From: Pristiophorus japonicus
Taxonomy: Eukaryota
Direction of reading: 5' to 3'
DNA length: 64,000 bases
NCBI RefSeq assembly: GCF_044704955.1
Contig: NC_091991.1
Coordinates: 147,622,001-147,686,000 of the forward strand
Below, piece by piece: positions 24,701-36,700 of this stretch. The position numbers and the translations under genes were made by a program. The notes beneath the pieces are model-generated. The model had not been told where the DNA came from. It made no database searches and saw nothing but the letters and a program-made list of their open reading frames with translations. The number at the start of each line of letters is the position of its first letter. The first letter of the stretch is position 1.

Positions 24701-27700
24701 CTGGAGTGAGAGGGGAGAACAAGCAGAGCTGGTCTTTCCAACAGGTGGGGAAAAATGGCACCGAGCAGAACAGTTATTGGAAGCCACTTTTGCTCTGTAC
24801 AGTCGGTGGCAGAGCAAATTTGGTCAAGAGCCTTCAGAATGAGACAATTAGTGGATTAAAAAGAAAATGCTGCTGCATAAACTCGAGGGGTTTAATGAAG
24901 ATTTACAATCACATATCTTTGGCATTATTCGTTCTGCAGATCCAGCTCCTGCAAAGGTGCCAAACAATTTCAATAAATGTGTCATGGGACTGTGGTCTAA
25001 TAGGAGGAACCAGTGTACGGAGAAGGGTTGCAGCCAACACGAAGGACAGCAGAATGATTGATTTTTTTAAAGCTGGTGGCAGATGTGGGGTGGTAGAAGG
25101 AGGAGAAAAAGAGATAGGTCACAAGTCTGTAGACTCTGTTATATCATTAGTTTTCAAGCCCAATTTTTCTTCTGCTGAATTTTCAAATCATTGGGGAAAG
25201 GGGCAGGCAGCTTGCTACCAGACTGCCAATACCCAACAGTGTCAGTCACCATGAGAAAGCTGCAGTCTGCCAAGCTATGATGCTCGGCTCCATTCGTCCC
25301 CATCTACCACAGGGAGATGTTGTAACTGCTACTCTTCCTGTCTTGGCGAGGCTCAGCCTGGAGAGTCAGCAGGATGTGGATTGTAAATCCACCCATTACT
25401 TGTGTGATGCTCAGAGCCACCTCCATGATGGTATTTTCAAATATATTTATGTTCTGATTACTGGAGGATATTACAGTGTTGTGAAGAGATTTAAAGGATC
25501 AAGAAAGTGTAAGACTATAGGAAGTCTCCCCCCCCACCCTCCCCCCAAACACTACACAAGACAGAAAGGGTACTGGTAAACAAAGTTGCAGAAGACAATC
25601 AATTGAATTTTTCAAAAGCTGGGCTAGTTTTAAGTAACAACACTCAATGTTACCCTGTGCTGTGCCTAAGTGCAAGTTATGTGCTGTAGGCTCTGTAGAC
25701 TTGGATTACCTTCCTCCTGAAGTTTGGGTCTGTCCTGCCCTTTGCTTACTTGAAGACTTTTGTCTTGCTCGACATGTTCCTCTGGATTCACCACAGTATT
25801 ATTTTCCTTAAGCAGAACCTGCCCATCTGCAGGCTGAATCGCTTCACTTACTGCGGGCTCGTCTTGGGCAAATATCAAGTGTCCTTCTCTGTCTTCTCCC
25901 ATGGACTGCTTACCTGGCTGGCTACAGTGCTTCTCGGTCACTTCTGAAGAAATGCTCGGACCTTTAATGTCATTTGAAGAGCTAAACAGCTCTTCATCCT
26001 GACCGTGACCCGGTGAAGAGGTAGAAGATGGCAGAGGGAAGCTAGCCTTTGTTTCATCCATTGTGCGGTCTAGATTTTTCCTCCTGTCTGAGGAATCACA
26101 CCTCAAATCAGGTCCATCTCCCAGACAAGGCGTTTTACTAGGCAGTCCATGGTCAATCATTTCATCTTCAATTTCCTCAATGCTCCTTTTCCTACTTGCA
26201 CTCGGTGTCTGTATACTACTCAACTGAACAGCCTCAGTCTGTTCAGTAATGGGCTCCAATCTGTGCTGCTCAATTTCTTTCTCCATGACACTCGTGCTCG
26301 GATCAGGTTTTATACTCTCCCGATTGTCCTCTGTATTTTCCTCAATATTCTTTGCGCTGGATTCTGAATAGTTTACCTCAGTCCTACATTCGGATCTCAC
26401 CTCAGCCGGACTCGTTGGCACAGTTTTCTTGATACTTTTCTGTACACGGAATGGATGAAGCAGCCATGGGTGAGCGTGTGTTATTGCAACCAACCGTGCT
26501 GTCGAGCCACCAACTTCTATAATTTGGTCCAACGCAATCAAATCCTGCCAAAACAACGGAAAATATCGTGCTGAATCAAACTTCTTTAAGCAAAACTGCA
26601 AAATCGCTTTCCTCAATTGTAAACAGATTTACACGTTGACTATTAATGGACAGTAACACTAACCCATAATTTTAAATAGCAAAGAATATTATTAATTTCT
26701 GCAATTCTTTGAGCTGACGAATGTTTTTCGTCCCTCCATTAGCAGTTGTGCCTTCAGCTATCCAGGCCCGAAGCTCTGGAATTCCCTCCCTAAATCTCGC
26801 TCTGCCTTTAAACCCATCTCTCTGACCAAGTTTTGGCCATCAGCCCCAATAATTGCTGGTATGGTTCAGTGTCACATTTTGTTTGATAATGCTCCTGTGA
26901 AGCCCCTTGGAACGTTCTACCATGTTAAAGGCACTATACAAGTGTAAGTTGTTGTTTTAAGGGAGTGTTTATTCTGCCCTGGTTCAGGTACGGTCATATT
27001 CCTAGGGTCATTGTGAAATTGAAACAGTGTCATAAATAATTAGATTCAAGAGTGCCAACAAAGATATTCTTGCTGTTGCTGTGTGAACATGAAACTTCTG
27101 AACTATTTGAATTCCTCCCTATCCCCAAGCTAAGGTCAGAAAAGCAGGAATGATTAGTTGTAGTCACTGAATTACTCTTATAGCTGCTACCAGCCATCCT
27201 TCATGAGCAGCTGACAAGTGGCAAACATACAGCAGAATGAGCTACCTATGCAACTTTTTCCAAAGATGGAGCATTCCACCAGAACCAGGCACTCTCTTTA
27301 GCAAACAGAACAAGCAAAAACCGATTAAAAAAAACTTCATTATGAAGTAATGATAAGTTAGCTTAAATGCTTAAATCTGAAATAGTGACCACTTGGTTAG
27401 ACAAGAATAATATGACTACACAAACAATTTTTAAAAAGGTCACTGAATAATCCATTTATGAAACCTATATAACTGTATAGTTTTACCTCAGTTATACTCG
27501 TCATTGTGGTTAAAAATCAATCTAAATTTGACTGAAATAGAGGGGATAACCTGGGTTATCTAACAGTAATCTATTGCTCCTGGTTGGTTTTGCTCTGGTT
27601 TGCCTTGGAACTGGCTGTATTATCTACAAACCCCTTTGGGCACTAGAATTTAATACAGGTGGAGCGTCCGGAATCCGGAAACCTCGGGGCCAAGGGCGTT

Positions 27701-30700
27701 TCGGAGTTTGGGTATTTCCGAATTTCGGAACGTCTCTTGGACGTCCCGAAACGCCTGGGCCGAGGTAAGGGGGGAGGGGGGGGGCTGGCGGGGAAAGAGG
27801 TCTGGGTGGCCGGGAAGGGGTCCGGGTGGTGGCTGAGGTGAGGTAAGGTGGGGGGCGGGGAGTCCTGCAAGGTCCCAAGGTGACTGAGGTAGGCGAGGTC
27901 GGTCCCGAGGTGGGCAAGGTTCTGAGGCGGGCATGTTCTGGCGAGGTCCAGAAGCAGAGCGCAGGAGTCTGGCGACGAGTCTGGATTCTGGAACATTTTC
28001 CGGATTCCGGACAACCCTGCCACGGATCGACTTGGTGTCCAGATTCCAGAACATTCCGAATTTCGGAACTCCGATTTCGGACGCTGAACCTGTACACATT
28101 TACTGGAAACCACCATTGCACAGTTGTTCGGAAGCAAACAGTCTTCCGCTAGGCGAGAATAGATCTTCCATCGAGTCTCGGCAGGGTGGCAGAGAGAAAA
28201 AGCACAATTCTGTGGGGAGATCTCTTCTTGCACTGACTTGGAGCTGCTTTAAGAGAGATATCTGTGGACCTCTTGAAGAGCACAGTATGAAAACAGGTGT
28301 CAAGTTTGGCCGATGGGATGAGTGGTTCGAAGAGAAAAAAACAAAGACAGGAGAAAATAAACTGCTAGCAAACATCTTTGGAGTCCTCTACATTTCTCCT
28401 AAATGACTCAATGGGTGGCCGGGAAGGGGTCCGGGTGGTGGCTGAGGTGAGGTAAGGTGGGGGGCGGGGAGTCCTGCAAGGTCCCAAGGTGACTGAGGTA
28501 GGCGAGGTCGGTCCCGAGGTGGGCAAGGTTCTGAGGCAGTTGTGGATAACCCAGATTCCCCTATACCCAGGCAGCAGCTTGAAAGGAGTTTCTTCCTGGC
28601 AGAGTTGTCATTAGCACTTAGGCTGAAAATAGTGGAAACTTATTACAAAACATGGCAACTTTGTCTTAACTGCTCTATGAAGTGGCCTAGCAATCGACTC
28701 AGTTGTATCAAACCATTATGAAGGCGGCCTACTAGCACCTTCTCAGGGCAATTAGGGATAGGCAATAAATGCTGGCATTGCCAGTGAAGCCCACTTCCCG
28801 AGAATGAATTTTTAAAAACCCATCAGCTGTTAGCAAGACCTGTACTTATCAACACTATGCTACAAGTGACAATGTATTTAATTTCTGTCCTAAAATCCTA
28901 AAAATAGGTGCATTATATTAAGTAAAAAAGCTATCTTACAGTAACCACACTGGCCATAAAGCCAAGTTGCTTGACAGCAAACATTTGTATTGCTAATACT
29001 TTTGTTTACATAAAGTAAGTTTAAAAAATTGCATATAATGGGGTAGAAATTGCGATCGGAGATGTACCTCTGGAATACGCCTCCAGCCCACGAAACAAAT
29101 CCAAACCTACATCCAGGCTGCGGAGAATTCCGGTCTTGGGCCTCCAGGTGGACACCTGCGTAAAGGCCCACAGATCTCAGGGACGCAGACAGCTCGGAAG
29201 CGTCCCTGGGATCACGTGGGCCAGATCCTCCAAACACAAAGGAGGATTCCATTGCTATCATTTCTGAAGGGAATCCCCTAATGAGATGCAATGGAATCCT
29301 CAAATAATTATACAATTTACACAATTTTAATAGATATAAAATGTACTGAATTTTAATTTTATTCATAAGTTCCTTCATAAGTTCCTTCATTGCACCAACC
29401 TCGATAAAACTGTAATTTTTTGATAAATAATTTTAAACATCTTAATCCAGGCCAATATTTGCATAAACTCATTTAAAGTGTATGTGCCTCATTTTTTATT
29501 TTTAAATGTTTAATTTAAGGCTTATATATACACCCTTACAATGATGAAAGCGGGCCCTTTGCCTGCCGTTAGAGTCTGTGAACAGTTATTGGGCAAATAG
29601 CCCAACTCTGCACCGGCAGTATTGATTTTCCGTGCGGTTCGTATGATCTGGCAGTTCCGGATTTCACGCATGCGGAAACCCGGAAGTTGCGGGGCATTTC
29701 AAATAAAGACTTGGATTTATATAGCTCCTTTCAAGACCACCGGACGTCTCAAAGCTCTTTACAGCCAATGAAGTACTTTTGGAGTGTAGTCACTGTTGTA
29801 ATGTGGGAAACGTGGCAGCCAATGTGCACACAAGCAAGCTCCCACAAACAGCAATGTGATAATGACCAGATAATCTGTTTTTTTATGTTATGTTAATTGA
29901 GGGATAAATATTGGCCAGGACACCGGGGATAACTCCCCTGCTTTTCTTCGAAATAGTGCCATGGGATCTTTTACGTCCATTTGAGAGGTACGAAAGACGG
30001 CACCTCCGACAGGGCAGCACTCCCTCAGCACTGCACTGGAGTGTCGGCCTAGATTTTTGTACTCAAGTCCCTGGAGTAGGACTTGAACCCACAAACGTTC
30101 TGACTCAGAGGCGAGTGTGCTACCCATTGAGCCACAGCTGACACTATATGAATAGTAATCAATGGATTAATACGGCATACTCTCAGAGAGACTGCAATTT
30201 CAGAGCCATTATCTTAGGCAACTTATTTACTGGACTCATCAGTAGGTAATTTTAAGATGTTTAAATACATAAACTAAGATTTATTGGAACTCAAACATTT
30301 AGACACCTAGCAATTGGATCAATGTCCCTAAAAACCATGAATATTTTGTAGTTAAGACAAACCTGCAGATACTGTTTTAGCGTCCTGGTTCTTTCGTTCA
30401 GTGCCTCCTCATACTGAACAAATTTCTTGCCTAGTTTCGTTGTCTCCATCCCAAAGATAGAGCACGCTTCAACTGCACTGGAGATTTCCTGCATGGCAGT
30501 CAGGTCCTCGGGACTGTACCCGAGCTCCTCTACAAACTGCTTCTTAACGTTCTCTCCACCGTACCCATCAGTGCTGGGCCTCAACACCTTCGTGAATGAC
30601 TGAGGAAGAACGTCTGGCCCTGAAGCAGATTCAAACAAAGCAGCTGAACCTGTTTTGAGAGAGTGCAGGTTGTTGAATGTAGTTAGGATTTAACTGCACT

Positions 30701-33700
30701 TATCAAAACAATTATAGTAGAAACAGAAACCCTTCACAAAACAGGTCACTTTGTAAACAAGTACCATGTCACATTCTGCTGAAGAAAAACTAAATTGAAG
30801 AATCAAATTGCTCATAATAAGGACAGTAAAACAAAGTGGATACAAACCATAATTACAAATATTACTGCAAGAATTGCAATGAGAAAATTTGATATTTTCT
30901 TGTAACAGTACATTCTCTTTTTGAAAAGATTAAGTTTGAAACAAACAGCAAGAAACAGCTACAGGAAATCAGTAAAAAACTTTCACTAGTTGTGTTTGAA
31001 GGATGATATCGTCCCCACTGTGCATCATCCTGCTATAAAGCAGGCTGTGTAGACAAAATATAAAAAGGGACATACACTATTCCACAGGAATCAGTAAATT
31101 CTTACTACATGTACTACAAGCTGTCCACTTGTTAGTCAATTTAGTGACATCTAGTGGCTGCACTTTAGTACTGCACTGAAAAACAGTTTTAAATCAGACA
31201 GCTTCAGAGCGAGACAACCAGTTTACAAAGTACAGGTGGAGCATCCGAAATCGGGAAATCTTAGGACCGAGGCCATTCTGGATTCGGAACGTCTTTCCGA
31301 CGTCTCGAGTCCGGAAATGCCTGGGCCGAGGTAATGGGGGGGGGGATACCTGGGGATGGAGAAGTGGGGGAAGGGGACCTGGGGAGATGGCGGCAGGTCC
31401 GGGCCGGGGGGGGGGGGGAGAACGAGAAGAAAGAGTCTGGCGGCGGTGCAGGGGTGTCGATGGTTCCCGTTTCAGCAGAGTCGGCTGCGGGTCAGGGGTC
31501 GGGAAAAGCCTGCAAAAAAGGCAAGTTAAAGTTTTTATTTTTAAATTATTTTTCAGCGATTTAGTAGGTAAGGATTTTGTGAATGTTTTGAGAATTTTTA
31601 TTTTTTGTTATTTGGAATTTTTTGGGTGTGTTTTTCCCCCTCCCTAGGCTAAACTTGGTAATCGGTTTAAAAAAAATGTCCGGATTTCTGAACATTTTTC
31701 AGATTCCGGGCGACCCCGTCACAGATCGGCCCGGTGTCTGGATTCCGAAACATTCCGAATTTCGGAACTCCGGATTTTGGACGCTCAACCTGTATACCAA
31801 TTAAATAATTGTGGCAGACAAAGTTCTGTCAACTGTACAAGTTTACTCTTGTAGTTCTCTACAATTCCCACTTCCACTAGTAGCGAACATCACCACCACC
31901 ATAATGTGGCACTCCATCCAGTGGTTTGCAGGAAAACAGTTGGAATTTGCTTTTAAACTCTAGACGACCGGTTTCAATGCAGTCATCATATACTGGGGCC
32001 CGACAGCACACTGCCGTTGTCCACTTACAATAATTCTGTTAATTACTGTTTTATGAATCAAAACTTGACCTTCTGCACAATTTATCTATTCACCATTGGA
32101 GAACACACTGCAAAAGGGTGCGGGACACACAGTGTGTTTCCTGATCGCGCCGACTGATGGCGAATATCACGCTGACGGATCACTTGACAAAGCTAACAAT
32201 CAAATTTAAATGAGAAAAAAACCCAGCAAATATAATTAAATTATTCAATTAGGTTCAGTGTAGCCCATGAAACAATGAAACCTAAAAGTCTTTGCAATTG
32301 TTTTTAGTAAACTTTGACCATATATCTGAGCCCACCGATCGCTACATCGGCATGTGGCCATTGCCGGTTTGAGCAGGTAATCTCGCTGCCATTTTAATGC
32401 TCGAATCATATGACAAACCATTCACCTAGGAATTCACAACATTCATAGCAATGCTGCTATCAAAAGCTTTCCCTGCCCAAGTCTGAACTTGGGCAGAGAG
32501 CGCTTAGAACTGTACCTCAGGATCATGTGAGTGGGGTGAAAGGTTAATAAGTATAACATCATTGGTGGTGTATAACAAAAGGCAGAAAAAATCCAATTAG
32601 AAGACAGAAAAAAAACATGCATAATCTAGGATGAGAGAGATATTTAAATTGACAGATTCAATGGCTACAATAACACGAGAATAGCGTTCTGGAGATTAGT
32701 AACTCACCATCATGGGTGCTCAAGGATCCACAAAATGGTGCTGAGCGGACCTTTAATCTCACTTGACAGGAGTTGACTACAATGTTATCATTTGGGTTGA
32801 GATTGCGTGTACTAACAATGCCTGGTGCATAATATCCCCTCATTAGCAAGTAATTAGTATGCGAGGCCTGAGGAGCCTTCACTTCAAATTTGTGCTTATT
32901 TCCAGTTTCTTCTAAATCATCATCATCGTCGTCGTCTAGGCCTTCCTTCCCCAACCTAAAAATACCAAAGCAGATTTAATCAATTCTTCCCTTTCACAAT
33001 AATCAATTCAAGGCTCAAATTTATTTCAGTTGAGCTATTGCAGGAAAATTATTTTGCAAAAGACACAGACATGGTCCAATGGCCGCCTCCTGTGCCGTAT
33101 GATCTCACGCCCTATCTTGGCCATATCTGAATTCTGCCACACGGCTACAAAATAAGTAGAGTATGCACAAGAAGAAGACATTTCCATATTGATCCTTTAT
33201 TAGTGTTCATTAAGCCACACATTTAAATTCTGTACATGTTGTCTACATTAATATTTGCAGTTAGCTGCAGTGGGTTACTTTGTTAAAATGTTGTTCACAA
33301 TGATACACAGGCTTTATGACACCTGTAACTATGCACATCATTTCACTGATGAGTAAACTGTTGCACTCCCTGGATATGTCAGAGAGTAGATACTCAGTTT
33401 ACATAATTCAAAGTTCCTTAATTCACATAATTTGATAATTCATTATTTCTTTTTAAAATGCACTAAATTCATATTTTGTCTTTTTTTTAAAAAAAGTTGC
33501 CTGGTTTCAAATATTGGACAATTCCACATTTATCTCTCACTCAATTTGAATCTCAGTTTAAAAGGCATCAGAACAATGATTAGAAGTGAGCCCGTGTCTA
33601 TGTGCTGAGCTTGAACCCACAAACGTTTAAACCCAAAGACAACAGAACAACTAAAATACACAAATGACAGTAGGATTGACAAAGGTGTAACACTAGGTAA

Positions 33701-36700
33701 GCAGCGATAGATGGGGAAGTATCCATAATAACCAGATCCCCTTACCTTTTTATAACTTCGTTGTCCACAAGCGTGCTATCCACAACCACAATCTGCTCAG
33801 GAATTGTGACGTGGAATGAGAGCAGACCAAGGATAAACAAGGATATTGTAGCTACACAGTAGCCACCATTTCCATCCAGAGGGTAGGTGACCATGTCTGT
33901 CTCAACAGGAGTCTCCTTATCCTGGAACGAAATGGTGTTGGGGATGTCCGCCATTCCTGCACCTTTCAGCTTTTGAATAAAATTATACGACTCTGAACAA
34001 ATATTGCTGGGAAAACGCCAGATGAAGTTCCTAGAACAAATCATCCATGTGAAACATTACAAAATGTTCAAGAGTTGTGTGAATGTAAAATGAAGGCACT
34101 ATTATACATCAGTAACACGTGGAACAAATGAAATAATCAATCTTGTTTTTGACAACAAGGCCGATGGGAAAGCTCACTGCTGTGCACAAAACGCATCAGC
34201 AGGCAAAATTTGTCATCTGCTGCAGGCCAAGGCTGTTAATACTTGAAGCATTGATTGAAAGAATCATTCCCACCAATGCAGAGGGAGAAAGTCATTAATC
34301 AGCTTTAGCCAGAGAGCGAGGGTCACTTTACAGCAATCACAACTCAATTTTTCTTTTGCAGAAGATATGTTACACCACTCCTGACCAACTCGGTAGTTCA
34401 ATACTTGAAGCTGTAATCCTTTTGAGGTCTGCAGTTTGGGGTAAAGGTATGAACAAAATCACACTGCATTTTCTAAAACTTTAACTGAACATAATTTTCG
34501 CCCCAAAATTAAGTGGGTGCTCAAACGTAGGTTTCTAATTCACTCCACTCATATCACTCACTACACACAGTGACACTCTGCTCGGTGAATCGCTGCAGTT
34601 TGCAGGATCAACACCTCACATTAAGTACTGATCTATAAAAACTAAAAAAGTGACAAATGTTTGGAGCTTTAGCATTTCCATTTGAACAAATGTCACTGCA
34701 TACCTGTAGTACGTCTGTGACAATTGGTAAGACATTGGTGCGAATGGCAAGGCTCGGCTTTTCTTGGGACCCAAAGCTTTACTGACCCTGCGACGGTTTA
34801 CCAAGCTTCGCTGCTGGAACTCAAGGAACACTTTCACCAGTACCTCATCCTTGTATTGTTTGTACAGATGAAAAGTCTAGGGAAATAATAAAGTTTTACA
34901 CAAAACTACTACTACACTTTTTACATTAAACATAGAAACATAGAAAATAGGTGCAGGAGTAGGCCATTCAATGAGTTCATGGCTGAACATGCAACCTCAG
35001 TACCCCATTCCTGCTGTCTCGCCATACCCCTTGATCCCCCTAGTAGTAAGGACTACATTTAACTCCTTTTTGAATATATTTAGTGAATTGGCCTCAACAA
35101 CTTTCTGTGGTAGAGAATTCCACAGGTTCACCACTCTCTGGATGAAGAAGTTTCTCCTCATCTCGGTCCTAAATGGCTTACCCCTTATCCTTAGGCTGTG
35201 ACCCCTGGTTCTGGACTTCCCCAACATTGGGAACATTCTTACTGCATCTACCCTGTCTAAACCCGTCAGAATTTTAAAAGTTTTTATGAGATCCCTTCTC
35301 ATTCATCTGTTTAATGAGATTCACTATCACAGATACATAAATACCTGAAAAGATTGGCATGATTTCATCTGTGTATCCGAGAGAGCCAGGGTGCTCTGAA
35401 TGAAATTTTGCAGGACCAAATAATGAATATCATCGGTGCTACAAAAGGAAAAAAAAGAGTAAGCTTCATTCAAATCTATGATAGTTTGACACGCAGTACA
35501 TTTATAAGGCAAAACAGCTCAACTTCTATTGCTTGGTTTGTCAATAGGAGGTCGAAAAAGATGGCTGCTGTAGTTAATGTCACTACCAGCTAGACTCTAC
35601 TTCAAACTCTTGCTGCCAACTGCACTTTTACTTACATTTTAGTCAGTTTTATCGTGCCAACTCTTCACAACACTGTTCTTTTTAAATGGACAAAACACTG
35701 CCTCCCTTTTAAGGTAAGTTACATTCTTTGCGACTTCCCTACCACTCTAAAGAACAGATTTTGATATTGTGCAACTGTAAAACGGGCATTAGCAAATCAG
35801 CAGCCTGTGTTACATCTCTCCCGATTTTTATTTCCATTGAAGTCAATGGGGGGAAAAAAATGGGGAGATGAAAAAGGAGCTCCCGACTCTTTATCACCTC
35901 TTTTACACTGTCATGTAAAGTCAAAATCTACCCCCAAGGGTTTTTTTTTTGCTGGAGGAGGAACTTCAGATCAAAATGTACCTCCCAGAGTGTACTGTTC
36001 CTCTGTAATGATTCGTAGCATTTCAGATGTCTTATACCTCTGTACACTACTTCCATGTATATTAGACAACAAAACTACCAGAACCAGAAATCGCCTTGCA
36101 TGGATACAAGAATCTTTTGTTTTTCAAGATGCTGTTCAGTCGATGACGTGTCTTGCTACACCATTGCTTACATTTCACTATCTATACCTGATCTTTGAAC
36201 ATCTGTAGTCAAGTAAGAATGATGAACAAATTACCTTTTAATGTCATCCTGCTTCTGGTCTTCATTCCCTTCTTCCCCAACTACCAATATTTTGAACCTA
36301 GGTAAAGAATAACATCCAAAGCAAGGAACAGCATGTATTTAGAAGGAAGAAATCAGCAGTGCTTGTAATTACCTCACCCCCAGGTTTTCAAGTTCCCTTT
36401 CTTCCATCTCCTAGGCCTCCCTGCATGAGAGGATAGAAGAATACTTACTCCAAAGCACTATCTCCCCATCACCTTGGAAACCATCCCATGTCTGCTCAGA
36501 TGGACCTGATTGATACCAGGAATTCAATATGAGGTATTTCATGGAAGGAAGCATACTCCAATGTAGAGGTTAAACATGCAACTTGCTGATATTAGTTAGT
36601 GTACATTGTCACTCACCACATTTAGCTCCTGTAAAATGGTCATGGTATTGTTCCAAATGTAAAGCATTGCTTTGAATTCTTAGAACAAAAGAAAATTAAA

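Noticed and set aside
24694-25579. Plus-strand ORFs of 186 and 100 aa in a GTF3C1 intron
   Set aside because: No recognisable motif or splice structure; probably chance or old repeat.
27574-28406. Cluster of overlapping 150-200 aa ORFs
   Set aside because: GC-rich MITE sequence that is stop-poor by composition; no recognisable domain.
30060-30144. tRNA gene
   Set aside because: The A/B boxes belong to a SINE head; no full cloverleaf.
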